The notes: generated by a model not told the origin, from the sequence alone. Numbered from the stretch's first letter, positions 9,463-18,655 are shown. The stretch: DNA of 64,000 nt from an uncultured Eubacteriales bacterium (GCA_964602735.1 CAZRRV010000001.1:38900-102899); one strand, 5' to 3'. Translations and numbers: made by a program.

Positions 9463-9491
9463 ATTTTATAACGCACTTTCATAATTGTCAA
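9463..9491 (-). promoter_or_regulatory. Sigma-70-type promoter of the oxidoreductase operon
   Basis: Read on the minus strand: TTGACA (9491-9486), a 17-nt spacer, then TAAAAT (9468-9463). A second TTGACG sits immediately upstream, giving the tandem TTGACGGGTTGACA. Confidence 0.5.
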
Positions 9492-9604
9492 CCCGTCAAC
9501 CGGCGTAAATTTGTATTTTGCGGTATTTACAGCGCCGGCATTACGGATTATTTTCCGCGTTGAATATCGTTCGGCGGCGACTTAAAATATTTTGTGATTT
9601 TTCA

Positions 9605-9633
9605 TTGACTTTACCAAAGTAACGTGATAATAT
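9605..9633 (+). promoter_or_regulatory. Sigma-70-type promoter of the yerC-like/his operon
   Basis: TTGACT (9605-9610), a 17-nt spacer, then TAATAT (9628-9633) with an upstream TG (extended -10). It lies ~30 nt before the RBS GGAGGGA. Confidence 0.55.
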
Positions 9634-9664
9634 AATAAAGCATTCTAACGGAGGGAGCGAACGG

Positions 9665-9961
9665 ATGAATTTGTTTGCCGATGACGGCGCGAAACTGCTT
9701 ATAAATTCGCTTTTGGCATTGCGAAACGCCGATGAGTGCCGGGCTTATCTGGAGGATCTTTTAACGGCGGGAGAAATTGTTGCGCTGTCGCAGCGAATAA
9801 CCGTCGCCAAAGAACTGAAGGATGGCAAAAATTACAATGAAATTGCCGGGAATACCGGCGCAAGCAGCGCGACGATAAGCCGCGTAAACCGTTGCCTTAA
9901 TTACGGAGCGGGAGGTTACCGTACGGTTCTTTCGCGGTTGGAGGAGAATAATGGCGGTTGA
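9665..9961 (+). CDS. YerC/YecD-family TrpR-like DNA-binding protein; candidate histidine-operon regulator
   Basis: 98 aa. The stretch ...ECRAYLEDLLTAGEIVALSQRITVAKELKDGKNYNEIAGNTGASSATISRVNRCL... is the YerC/YecD TrpR-related helix-turn-helix. It overlaps the hisZ start by 11 nt. Confidence 0.8.
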   Translation: MNLFADDGAKLLINSLLALRNADECRAYLEDLLTAGEIVALSQRITVAKELKDGKNYNEIAGNTGASSATISRVNRCLNYGAGGYRTVLSRLEENNGG

Positions 9962-11051
9962 TTGGAACGGTATACTTAAACCGGAAGAGAGTGTAGCGCT
10001 GCGGTTGCGCAAACTTTACCGTGATTACGGATATCTGCATTACAAAGTCGGAAAGTTCGAAGAATACGATTTTTATATGCGAAATAAAAATTTTCTTCCC
10101 GACGGTAATATTTTAACATTTACCGATACCGACGGCAGACTTATGGCGCTCAAGCCCGACATAACGCTTTCCATAGTCAAAAACGCCGCGGGTCGGAAAA
10201 ACGGAACGCAAAAATTCTGCTATAACGAGAACGTTTACCGAACAACCGGCGGAGGTTTCCGCGAGATTATGCAAACGGGGCTCGAATGTATAGGTGCGCT
10301 TGATACCTGCGCGGTCAGCGAAGTTGTAACTCTCGCTTACAAAAGCCTCGAATGTTTTAACGGCAGATTCCTGCTTGATTTATCGCATATGGGGTTTGTT
10401 TCCGATCTGATTGAAGATACGGGTGCCGATGAGGAACTGACCGCGCGGCTAATGCGCGCGCTCGGCGAAAAAAACATCGCCGAAATAAAAGCTTTGGGCA
10501 ATAACGCCGGTTTGAAACGTGAGCCTGTTGAACGGCTCTGCGACGCCGCGTCGCTTTACGGAACGCCGGATGAAATTCTGCCGCGTATGTATTCTCTCGC
10601 ACACGGCAAAAAATCGAAAGCCGCCGCCGAAGAACTTAAAGAAACCGTGGATACTGTTTGCAAAGTCTGCGACTGTTCGAATTTGAGGATTGATTTTTCG
10701 CTGGTAAATGACGGCAATTATTATAACGGAATTATATTTCAAGGGTTCCTGGAAGGAATACCGAAAAAAATTTTGGCGGGCGGCCGGTATGATAAACTTA
10801 TGAGAAAAATGGGCAGTTCCAACGATGCCATCGGTTTTGCCGTTTATTTTGATGAAATGTTGAACCGTATTTCGGGCGGATACGATGTCGATATACTGCT
10901 TATATACGACGAAGGGACGCCCGCCGCGGCTGTCGCGGAAAAAGCTATCGAGTTACGGAACGCCGGCAAAAGTGTCAGGGTAAGTCGGGGCGACGATGCC
11001 GATATCCGTCCCCGCGAAACGATCCATATCGGGAAGGAGGATACGGAATGA
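9951..11051 (+). CDS. hisZ: ATP phosphoribosyltransferase regulatory subunit
   Basis: 366-aa HisRS-like protein without an anticodon-binding function. It sits immediately upstream of a short-form hisG, overlapping it by 4 nt. Confidence 0.85.
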   Translation: MAVDWNGILKPEESVALRLRKLYRDYGYLHYKVGKFEEYDFYMRNKNFLPDGNILTFTDTDGRLMALKPDITLSIVKNAAGRKNGTQKFCYNENVYRTTGGGFREIMQTGLECIGALDTCAVSEVVTLAYKSLECFNGRFLLDLSHMGFVSDLIEDTGADEELTARLMRALGEKNIAEIKALGNNAGLKREPVERLCDAASLYGTPDEILPRMYSLAHGKKSKAAAEELKETVDTVCKVCDCSNLRIDFSLVNDGNYYNGIIFQGFLEGIPKKILAGGRYDKLMRKMGSSNDAIGFAVYFDEMLNRISGGYDVDILLIYDEGTPAAAVAEKAIELRNAGKSVRVSRGDDADIRPRETIHIGKEDTE

Positions 11052-11686
11052 GCCAAACGGTTAATATCGCGTTGCCGAAAGGCAGACTGGGCGAACGGGC
11101 GTACGGGATTTTCGCGGCCGCAGGGTTTGAATGTCCCGCAGTATTCGAAAAAGGAAGAAGACTGCTGTTTGAAAACGGTAAAAAGAGCGTCTGTTATTTT
11201 TGGGTAAAACCGTTTGACGTTCCGGTTTATGTAGAAAAAGGAGCGGCGGATATCGGAGTCGCCGGGCAGGATACGGTGCTAGAAAACAATTCGGATGTTT
11301 ACGAACTTTGCGACCTCGGCATAGGAAAATGCCGCATGGCCGTGGCGGCGCCGGCGGGTTTCCGCGACAACTTCGATTCCGTGCTCCGCGTAGCCACAAA
11401 ATTTCCGAAAATCGCGAAAACTTATTATGCCGGCAAAAGCCGTGAGATTGATATAATAAAGCTCAACGGTTCGATAGAACTTGCGCCGCTTTTGGGCCTT
11501 TCGGATGTTATCGTCGATATTGTGGAAACGGGTAAAACATTGCGCGAAAACGGTCTTGTACCGATTGAAACGGTATGCGATATAAGCGCCCGGCTTATAG
11601 CCAATAAGGCCGCGTGGAAGTTTAAGCACAGCGAAATTACGGGGATTGAAAAATCGGTAACCGCGAATTTGGAGGACGAAAAATGA
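11048..11686 (+). CDS. hisG: ATP phosphoribosyltransferase, short form
   Basis: 212 aa. Begins ...NIALPKGRL... and contains DIGVAGQD and DIVETGKTLRENGL. Confidence 0.9.
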   Translation: MSQTVNIALPKGRLGERAYGIFAAAGFECPAVFEKGRRLLFENGKKSVCYFWVKPFDVPVYVEKGAADIGVAGQDTVLENNSDVYELCDLGIGKCRMAVAAPAGFRDNFDSVLRVATKFPKIAKTYYAGKSREIDIIKLNGSIELAPLLGLSDVIVDIVETGKTLRENGLVPIETVCDISARLIANKAAWKFKHSEITGIEKSVTANLEDEK

Positions 11687-12972
11687 TAAAAATAAGAAAA
11701 TATTCAGAAAACGATATTCATTCAATACTGCAGCGTGAGGATAAAGCTGCGGATGTCGGAGAAACCGTTTCTAAAATCATACACGATGTCCGCGAAAACG
11801 GCGACACAGCGCTGTTTGAATATGCCGAAAAATTCGATAAGGCTAATCTTGAAAAACTCGACGTTTCACAAGCGGAAATCGACGACGCGCTCTCGCGGAT
11901 AAGACCCGAACTTCTTAAAACGATTGAAGAAGCTGCCGAAAATATCCGCTCGTTTCATTTAAGGCAGGTGAGGAACGGTTTTTTTATCACCGGGCGCGGA
12001 GGTGCGGTATTAGGGCAGCGCATAACGCCGATTGAAAAGGTGGGGATTTATGTTCCGGGCGGTACCGCCGCGTATCCGTCAACCGTACTTATGAATGCCG
12101 TGCCCGCAAAAATTGCCGGCTGCGGTTTGATCGTAATGGCAACTCCGCCGAATCCCGACGGTACCGTTAACCCCGCGATTCTTGCAGCAGCAACGGTTGC
12201 GGGGGTAGACAAAATTTATAAAATCGGCGGTGCCGGAGCCGTAGCGGCGCTGGCGTACGGGACACGGTCAGTGCCCCGTGTCGATAAAATAGTGGGCCCC
12301 GGGAATATTTTCGTGGCCGAGGCTAAAAGGCAGGTCTTCGGGCAGGTTGCGATTGATATGATAGCCGGCCCCAGCGAGATTCTTGTGATAGCCGACGGAA
12401 AAAGCAGCCCGGCACGTCATATTGCCGCGGATATGCTCTCGCAGGCCGAACACGATAAAATGGCGACAGCGGTTTTAATAACCGATAATGCCGATTTTGC
12501 GTATGCCGTTGCCGGGGAAATCGAAAAACAAATAGTAAATCTGCCGCGATATGAAATAGCCCGTGCGTCCGTAGACAATAACGGCAAAATCATAATTGTG
12601 TCGAACCTCGATGAAGCCGTTGATATAGCGAATATTCTGGCTCCCGAGCATTTGGAAATCTGCGCGGATAATCCGTTCGATTATTTAGACAGGATAAAAA
12701 ACGCCGGCTCGGTGTTCCTAGGGAAAAACTGCCCCGAGGCGATGGGCGATTATTTCGCCGGGCCAAACCACACTCTGCCCACAGGCGGCACCGCGAAATT
12801 TTCAAGTCCGCTTTCGGTAGACGATTTTGTTAAAAAAACGCAAATCACTTATTACGGAGAAACTGCTTTTCGCAACGCGGGCGAAAAAGTTATCGCTTTC
12901 GCCGAGGCGGAAGGTCTTGCGGGTCACGCGCAAAGCGTAGATATAAGATTAAAGGATTTAAGAAATGAGTAG
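11683..12972 (+). CDS. hisD: Histidinol dehydrogenase
   Basis: 429 aa. Contains GGAGAVAALAYGT, SQAEHD and APEHLEI. Confidence 0.92.
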   Translation: MIKIRKYSENDIHSILQREDKAADVGETVSKIIHDVRENGDTALFEYAEKFDKANLEKLDVSQAEIDDALSRIRPELLKTIEEAAENIRSFHLRQVRNGFFITGRGGAVLGQRITPIEKVGIYVPGGTAAYPSTVLMNAVPAKIAGCGLIVMATPPNPDGTVNPAILAAATVAGVDKIYKIGGAGAVAALAYGTRSVPRVDKIVGPGNIFVAEAKRQVFGQVAIDMIAGPSEILVIADGKSSPARHIAADMLSQAEHDKMATAVLITDNADFAYAVAGEIEKQIVNLPRYEIARASVDNNGKIIIVSNLDEAVDIANILAPEHLEICADNPFDYLDRIKNAGSVFLGKNCPEAMGDYFAGPNHTLPTGGTAKFSSPLSVDDFVKKTQITYYGETAFRNAGEKVIAFAEAEGLAGHAQSVDIRLKDLRNE

Positions 12973-14026
12973 GTTCCTGCGCGAAGAAATGCAAAGGGCG
13001 ACCCCTTATCTGCCCGGTGAACAGCCGCGCAATAAGGATTATGTTAAGCTTAATACAAACGAGTCACCGTTTCCGCCTTCGCCCGGCGTTAAACGCGCCG
13101 TGTTAAGCGAATATGAAAAGGGGCTGAATTTATATCCCGATCCCGAATGCTTAGAACTACGTACCGCGCTTGCCGGGGAATACGGTGTAGACGTTGAAAA
13201 TGTTATGGTGGGAAACGGTTCCGACGAAATTCTTGATTTCTGTTTCGAGGCTTTCTTCGGCGGCGGTATTCCTTTGCTGTTCCCGAACATTACATACGGA
13301 TTTTACAGGGTCTTTGCCGAACGCTACCGTCTGTCATACCGTGAAATATCGCTTAATCGGGATTTTACGATAAATATCGACGATTACATCGGTAAAAACG
13401 CGAACATTGTTCTTGCCAATCCGAACGCGCCGACGGGTATAGCGCTAACGCCGGACGATATAGAAAAAATCGTGGGATCCAATCCCGATAACATCGTCGT
13501 AATAGACGAGGCTTATGTCGATTTCGGGGCAAAAAGCGTTTCTAATCTTATCGGAAAATACGATAATCTTGTGGTGGTAATGACGTTTTCGAAATCCCGG
13601 TCGCTTGCCGGCGCGAGGATAGGTTTTGCTCTCGCAAATGCCGATTTGATAAACGATTTACAAACCGTCCGCTATTCGTCGAATCCTTACAATGTGAATC
13701 GGATAAGCCTCGCCGCGGGCACGGCGGCGGTAAAAGATTCGGAATATTATAAAAAAAACTGCAAAAAAATCGCCGAAAACCGCGACGCATTTTCCGTGGA
13801 ATTGCGCCGTATGGGGTTTACGGTGTTGCCGTCGGCGGCGAATTTTGTTTTTGCGAAACATTGCTCGGTACCGGGCGGAGAACTTTACGAAAAGCTTAAA
13901 GCCGCAGGAGTTCTGGTGAGGCGGTTCTCTTTGCCGGAGGTAGAGGATTATCTGCGCATAACAATCGGGACAAACGCCCAGCTTGAAGTACTGCTAAAAA
14001 AACTTTCGGTTATATTGGGGGAATAA
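12965..14026 (+). CDS. hisC: Histidinol-phosphate aminotransferase
   Basis: 353-aa class-II aminotransferase with LNTNESPFPPSP and the PLP lysine region TFSKSRSLAGARIG. Confidence 0.9.
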   Translation: MSRFLREEMQRATPYLPGEQPRNKDYVKLNTNESPFPPSPGVKRAVLSEYEKGLNLYPDPECLELRTALAGEYGVDVENVMVGNGSDEILDFCFEAFFGGGIPLLFPNITYGFYRVFAERYRLSYREISLNRDFTINIDDYIGKNANIVLANPNAPTGIALTPDDIEKIVGSNPDNIVVIDEAYVDFGAKSVSNLIGKYDNLVVVMTFSKSRSLAGARIGFALANADLINDLQTVRYSSNPYNVNRISLAAGTAAVKDSEYYKKNCKKIAENRDAFSVELRRMGFTVLPSAANFVFAKHCSVPGGELYEKLKAAGVLVRRFSLPEVEDYLRITIGTNAQLEVLLKKLSVILGE

Positions 14027-14028
14027 CT

Positions 14029-14616
14029 GTGCGGAAATACGAACTTTCGAGGAAAACGAATGAAACGGATATTTCGGTATATATGAATATCGACGGCAAC
14101 GGAGAGAGCAGCATAAACTCCGGTAACGGATTTTTCGACCATATGCTGACATTGTTTGCCAGGCACGGACAAATCGATTTAACTGTTGTCTGCCGCGGCG
14201 ATACAAATATTGACTTTCACCACAGCGCCGAAGACATAGGCATAGTAATGGGAACCTGCCTTAAAAACGCGCTAGGCGATCGTCGGGGAATAACGCGCTA
14301 TTCGCAGGTGATTCTTCCGATGGACGAAGCGCTTGTCTTAACTGCGATCGACTGTTCGGGCAGGGGTGGGCTGTACTGTTCGCTTGATATTCCATGTTCC
14401 GCCGTCGGATCGTTTGATACGGAGCTCTGCGGGGAATTTTTGCGTGCCTTTGCTCAAAACGCCGGAATAACCCTGCATGTACGTCAGCTTTCGGGGGTTA
14501 ACACTCATCATATAATCGAATGCGTATTCAAATCGCTCGGCCGGGCGCTCGCGGCAGCCGTTAAAATCGATTCCGCAAAACCCGATGAAATTCCCTCTAC
14601 AAAAGGTGTGCTGTGA
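14029..14616 (+). CDS. hisB: Imidazoleglycerol-phosphate dehydratase
   Basis: 195 aa with a GTG start. Contains RKTNETDISV, GFFDHML and HHIIECVFKSLGRAL. Confidence 0.92.
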   Translation: MRKYELSRKTNETDISVYMNIDGNGESSINSGNGFFDHMLTLFARHGQIDLTVVCRGDTNIDFHHSAEDIGIVMGTCLKNALGDRRGITRYSQVILPMDEALVLTAIDCSGRGGLYCSLDIPCSAVGSFDTELCGEFLRAFAQNAGITLHVRQLSGVNTHHIIECVFKSLGRALAAAVKIDSAKPDEIPSTKGVL

Positions 14617-15233
14617 TGGTCGCCATACTCGATTACGGCGTGGGAAATTTATTTTCGCTTAAAAGTTCGCTCGCGTATTTGAAAATTCCCGCCGTTGTTA
14701 CCCGCGACCCGGAGATAATTTCCCGATGCGACAGATTGATACTTCCGGGCGTCGGAGCTTTCGGAGATGCCGCCGAAAAACTGCGCTCTACCGGCCTTGA
14801 TACGGTCGCGAAAAACGAGGCGCGTTCCGGCAAGCCTTTGCTGGGCATTTGTTTGGGAATGCAACTGCTGTTTGATGAAAGTAACGAATTCGGCGAACAT
14901 GAAGGTTTGGGGCTTATTCCCGGAGTCGTTCGACCGATAGCCGACAGGATCCCCGGAAATTATACTGTTCCGCATATAGGATGGAACTCTCTTCACTTTC
15001 CGACAGATAAACCCCGTTCGCCGCTGTTTTCCTCATTGAACGAAGGCGACTGCGTTTATTTTGTCCATTCATTTGCGGCGGAGGAATGCGAAACATCCGT
15101 TTCGGCGACGGTGGAATACGGAGCTGAACTTACCGCGGCGGTCGAGAGCGGAAATGTTTTCGGTACTCAGTTCCACCCGGAAAAAAGCGGCCCCGTCGGT
15201 CTGAAAATATTAAAAGCGTTTTGCGAGGTTTAA
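14616..15233 (+). CDS. hisH: Imidazole glycerol phosphate synthase, glutaminase subunit
   Basis: Contains VAILDYGVGNLFS, GICLGMQLL and QFHPEKS. The ATG overlaps the hisB stop (TGATG); an in-frame GTG at 14613 is also possible. Confidence 0.92.
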   Translation: MVAILDYGVGNLFSLKSSLAYLKIPAVVTRDPEIISRCDRLILPGVGAFGDAAEKLRSTGLDTVAKNEARSGKPLLGICLGMQLLFDESNEFGEHEGLGLIPGVVRPIADRIPGNYTVPHIGWNSLHFPTDKPRSPLFSSLNEGDCVYFVHSFAAEECETSVSATVEYGAELTAAVESGNVFGTQFHPEKSGPVGLKILKAFCEV

Positions 15234-15234
15234 T

Positions 15235-15960
15235 ATGGAACTGTTGCCCGCCATCGACTTGTTAGACGGTAAAGCGGTACGGCTTTATCGCGGGGATTAC
15301 AGCCGAAAAACCGTTTACTGTGAAAATCCGTTAGCCGTAGCGCTGTATTTTAAGAAATGCGGCGCAAAATTTCTGCATATTGTCGACCTTGCCGGAGCAA
15401 AAAGCGGAATGCCGGAGCAGTTTCCGTTGATTGCCGAAATAATCAGGGAAAGCGGGCTGCGCGTGGAAGTCGGCGGGGGTATTCGTTCTATGCAAACCGC
15501 CGGGGATTATATTAACGCGGGGGCGTATCGGATAATTTTGGGCACTTCCGCGGTAAACGACGGGCATTTTTTAAGCGAATGCGTAAGGCGTTTCGGCGGG
15601 CATACGGCAGTCGGTGTCGACATAAAAAACGGCAGGATTGCGGTGAAAGGCTGGACGGAGCTCTCGCGTATAACGGCGCAACAATTCCTTGCCGAATTGA
15701 ACACAATCGGAGTGGGAACGGTTATCTGCACCGATATATCGAAAGACGGTGCGTTGCAGGGCGTAGACGCGGGTCTGTATTCCGAACTTGCAAAAATATT
15801 CGCGGGGGAGTTAATTGCGTCGGGCGGAGTAAGTACGCTTGCCGATATACAAACGTTGGCGAAACTCAATATTTCGGGAGCGATTTTGGGCAAAGCGCTT
15901 TATACGGGAGATATAGACCTTTCCGAAGCGCTTAACGCCGCCGGAGGAACGGATATATGA
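15235..15960 (+). CDS. hisA: ProFAR isomerase
   Basis: 241 aa. Contains LLPAIDLLDGKAVRL, VGGGIRS and TDISKDGALQG. Confidence 0.92.
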   Translation: MELLPAIDLLDGKAVRLYRGDYSRKTVYCENPLAVALYFKKCGAKFLHIVDLAGAKSGMPEQFPLIAEIIRESGLRVEVGGGIRSMQTAGDYINAGAYRIILGTSAVNDGHFLSECVRRFGGHTAVGVDIKNGRIAVKGWTELSRITAQQFLAELNTIGVGTVICTDISKDGALQGVDAGLYSELAKIFAGELIASGGVSTLADIQTLAKLNISGAILGKALYTGDIDLSEALNAAGGTDI

Positions 15961-16715
15961 TAACCAAACGGATAATTCCGTGTCTTGACGTGAAAGACGG
16001 GCGGGTAGTTAAAGGTGTAAATTTTGAAGGGCTTGCCAGTATTTCGTCGCCGGTGGAACTTGCCGAATATTACAGCGATACGGGTGCCGACGAACTGGTC
16101 TTTTACGACATCACTGCTTCCAACGAGGGCAGACGGCTGTTTACGGATGTTTTATGCGAAGTCGCGCGGAGAATATTCATTCCGCTTACTGTCGGCGGAG
16201 GCATACGCTCGCTCGATGATTTTGAACGCGTTTTGAGTTGCGGTGCCGACAAGGTAAGCGTGAACAGCGGTATTTTCGATAACCCGGATATAATACGCGA
16301 AGCGGCAAAAAGATACGGCAGTCAGTGCGTTGTGCTTTCGGTTGATGTAAAGCGTGTCGACGGCGTGTTCCACGTGTTCAGAAACGGAGGCAGGGTCGAT
16401 ACCGGTGAAGAGGCAATCGCATGGATACGGCGAGGAGTAAACGACGGTGCCGGTGAGGTTGTTGTAAACAGCATCGATACCGACGGGGTTCGCAAGGGTT
16501 TCGATCTGGAAATGCTTGCCGCGGTGCGCCGCGCAGTTTGTGTCCCCGTTATCGCTTCGGGCGGAGCGGGCGGAACGGAAGATTTTGTAAATCTGTTTAC
16601 CCGTCTGCCCGGAATAGATGCCGGTCTTGCCGCCTCGATTTTTCATTACAGGGAAGTAACGGTTCCGCAGTTGAAAAAAGAACTGCGCCGGCACGGTATA
16701 TCCGTAAGATTGTGA
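15957..16715 (+). CDS. hisF: Imidazole glycerol phosphate synthase, cyclase subunit
   Basis: 252 aa. Contains [28 protein letters not shown] and ASGGAG. Confidence 0.93.
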   Translation: MITKRIIPCLDVKDGRVVKGVNFEGLASISSPVELAEYYSDTGADELVFYDITASNEGRRLFTDVLCEVARRIFIPLTVGGGIRSLDDFERVLSCGADKVSVNSGIFDNPDIIREAAKRYGSQCVVLSVDVKRVDGVFHVFRNGGRVDTGEEAIAWIRRGVNDGAGEVVVNSIDTDGVRKGFDLEMLAAVRRAVCVPVIASGGAGGTEDFVNLFTRLPGIDAGLAASIFHYREVTVPQLKKELRRHGISVRL

Positions 16716-16729
16716 ACGGAGGAGTAAAT

Positions 16730-17374
16730 ATGGAAACAGACATGCTTAAATTTGATGAAAACGGGTTGATCCCCGCCGTGGTGGTCGACGCCGGGACAAG
16801 ACAGGTTCTAACCCTTGCTTATATGAACCGCGAAAGCCTCGAAATCAGCATAAAAGAAAAACGCACCTGTTTTTATTCGCGGTCGAGACAAACGTTGTGG
16901 AGAAAAGGCGAAACATCGGGAAATATTCAGCATATAAGGCGCATTACCGCCGACTGTGACGCCGATGCTCTGCTGGTGGAAGTGGATAAAGAGGGCCCGG
17001 CCTGCCATACGGGAGCCGAATCGTGCTTTTTCAATACATTGTTTGAAACCGAAAAACCGTCCGGATTTTCGGTACACGGACTTTACAACCTGCTTTGCGA
17101 CCGTAAGTCAAACCCGGAAGAGGGCTCTTATACCTCGTATCTTTTCGATAAAGGGCTCGACAAAATTCTTAAGAAAGTGGGGGAGGAGAGTACCGAGGTT
17201 ATCATAGCGGCGAAAGCCCGGGATAAATCAGAAACCGTTTATGAAATCGCCGATTTGGCGTATCATATTCTTGTGCTGATGGCGGAAGCCGGAATAACGG
17301 TCGACGAAGTGCGGAACGAACTTGCCTCCCGCAATGTTATCCGCAAAAAAGTAAAGCAGGAGAAAATGACCTGA
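16730..17374 (+). CDS. hisI: Bifunctional phosphoribosyl-AMP cyclohydrolase / phosphoribosyl-ATP pyrophosphatase
   Basis: [20 protein letters not shown]...[16 protein letters not shown]...CHTG, with a HisE-like C-terminus. The ATG at 16730 follows RBS GGAGGAG. The track's 16538 start overlaps hisF and is rejected. Confidence 0.9.
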   Translation: METDMLKFDENGLIPAVVVDAGTRQVLTLAYMNRESLEISIKEKRTCFYSRSRQTLWRKGETSGNIQHIRRITADCDADALLVEVDKEGPACHTGAESCFFNTLFETEKPSGFSVHGLYNLLCDRKSNPEEGSYTSYLFDKGLDKILKKVGEESTEVIIAAKARDKSETVYEIADLAYHILVLMAEAGITVDEVRNELASRNVIRKKVKQEKMT

Positions 17375-18195
17375 TGATTAAGCCGTATGATATTCATACT
17401 CACACGGTTTTTTGCGACGGTTCGGATTCTCCCGAAATTATGGCAAAAGCCGCGATTGACCTCGGCATGGGCTGTCTCGGATTTTCCGGGCATGAGTTTA
17501 CATCTTTCGATACCTCATACTGTATGTCGGTTGAAGGTACGGCGGAATACCGAAGCCGGATTGCCGCGCTTAAAGATTCACTCGCGGGGAAAATAAACAT
17601 TCTTTGCGGAACGGAAAGGGATTATTTCGGCACACCGTCCGGAGAATACGATTATGTTATAGGTTCCGTGCATTATCTGCATTCCGGCGACGAATTTATG
17701 CCCGTGGATCTGTCTCGGGAAACTTTTGCGGAAACAGTCGAAGGCATTTACGGCGGCGATTATATTCGTGCGGCCGAAGAGTATTACTCGTATGTTGCGC
17801 GTCTGCCCCGTGCAACCGGCTGCGGTATCATCGGGCATTTTGATTTGATAACCAAATACGGCGGCAACAACCCGGCGCTCGGGGAAAACAATGCGGTATA
17901 TCGGGATTCCGCGCTTTCCGCAGCTGACCGGCTGATTTCCGAGGATATGTTTTTCGAGATAAATACGGGAGCGGTTACGCGAGGATTAAAAGCCGAACCT
18001 TATCCTGCCAGGTTTATAATGAAATATCTAGCGGAAAAGAAAGCCAAAATAATACTATCGGGCGATACTCACTCCGCCGCAGATTTGTGCCGCGGTTGGA
18101 AAACGGCGGCGGAGTACGCGGGTTCCTGCGGTTTTGTTTCGGCCTGGTACCCTGATGACAAAGGCTTTTCCGAGTTTGCGCTGTCGCTGATTTAA
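17374..18195 (+). CDS. hisK: Histidinol-phosphatase, PHP family
   Basis: YDIHTHTVFCDGS...FSGHEF... is the PHP-domain metal-ligand pattern. It is the last gene of the his operon and its start overlaps the hisIE stop. Confidence 0.8.
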   Translation: MIKPYDIHTHTVFCDGSDSPEIMAKAAIDLGMGCLGFSGHEFTSFDTSYCMSVEGTAEYRSRIAALKDSLAGKINILCGTERDYFGTPSGEYDYVIGSVHYLHSGDEFMPVDLSRETFAETVEGIYGGDYIRAAEEYYSYVARLPRATGCGIIGHFDLITKYGGNNPALGENNAVYRDSALSAADRLISEDMFFEINTGAVTRGLKAEPYPARFIMKYLAEKKAKIILSGDTHSAADLCRGWKTAAEYAGSCGFVSAWYPDDKGFSEFALSLI

Positions 18196-18260
18196 TAAAG
18201 CACCGGCTTTTAAGTATATTGTTTTTACCCGTTCCCGCTTAAGGAACCGGCAAAAAGCTC

Positions 18261-18289
18261 TTGACATTCGCCTGCAATGGCTCTATAAT
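18261..18289 (+). promoter_or_regulatory. Consensus sigma-70 promoter
   Basis: TTGACA (18261-18266), a 17-nt spacer, then TATAAT (18284-18289). It lies ~30 nt upstream of the small ORF. Confidence 0.65.
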
Positions 18290-18319
18290 AAAAACACAAT
18301 CAGAGAGGTGGGTCGAGAA

Positions 18320-18586
18320 ATGAAAAGAGTAAATCTTGTTCACGATATTGATATGGAGGCTTTGATTAAAACCGTCGACTGTTGCAAGGGCGATGTGTAT
18401 CTCGAAACCGACGAAGGCGACGTATTGAATCTTAAATCCAAGCTTTGCCAAATGATGGGGCTTGCGAATATTCTTAAAGGCGGCATTATCGAAAACGCAT
18501 ATATCCGTTGCACGAATCCCGAAGACGATGCTCTTATGTTTCGCCTGAATCTTTACCACGAGGTCCCCGGCGAAAACAAGCAGTGA
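18320..18586 (+). CDS. Small protein of unknown function, possibly HPr-fold-like
   Basis: 88 aa from the ATG at 18320, with RBS AGAGAGGTGG. The stretch DVYLETDEGDVLNLKSKLCQMMGLANIL resembles the HPr core (...NGKSVNLKSIMGVMSLG...) but shows no obvious His-15 region. Confidence 0.45.
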   Translation: MKRVNLVHDIDMEALIKTVDCCKGDVYLETDEGDVLNLKSKLCQMMGLANILKGGIIENAYIRCTNPEDDALMFRLNLYHEVPGENKQ

Positions 18587-18620
18587 AATTCATCCGGGCT
18601 CGGGGTATTAAAATCAAAAT

Positions 18621-18655
18621 AAATAAGACCGCCCCAGGCGGTCTTATTTATTTTG
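18621..18655. terminator. Bidirectional intrinsic terminator
   Basis: AAATAAGACCGCC (18621-18633) pairs perfectly with GGCGGTCTTATTT (18637-18649) across a 3-nt loop. An A-tract lies 5' and a T-tract 3'. It sits between the convergent small ORF and rsmI. Confidence 0.85.

Noticed and set aside
16538-16729. N-terminally extended ORF-track starts. Examples are hisIE 16538, cysS 20946, hup 42041, relA 35659, QOR 7213, esterase 27837, GHMP kinase 59360, flippase 40280 and recombinase 54081.
   Set aside because: The extensions overlap the upstream genes or intergenic signals, lack an RBS and add non-conserved residues. Internal starts with good RBSs reproduce the family-typical N-termini.
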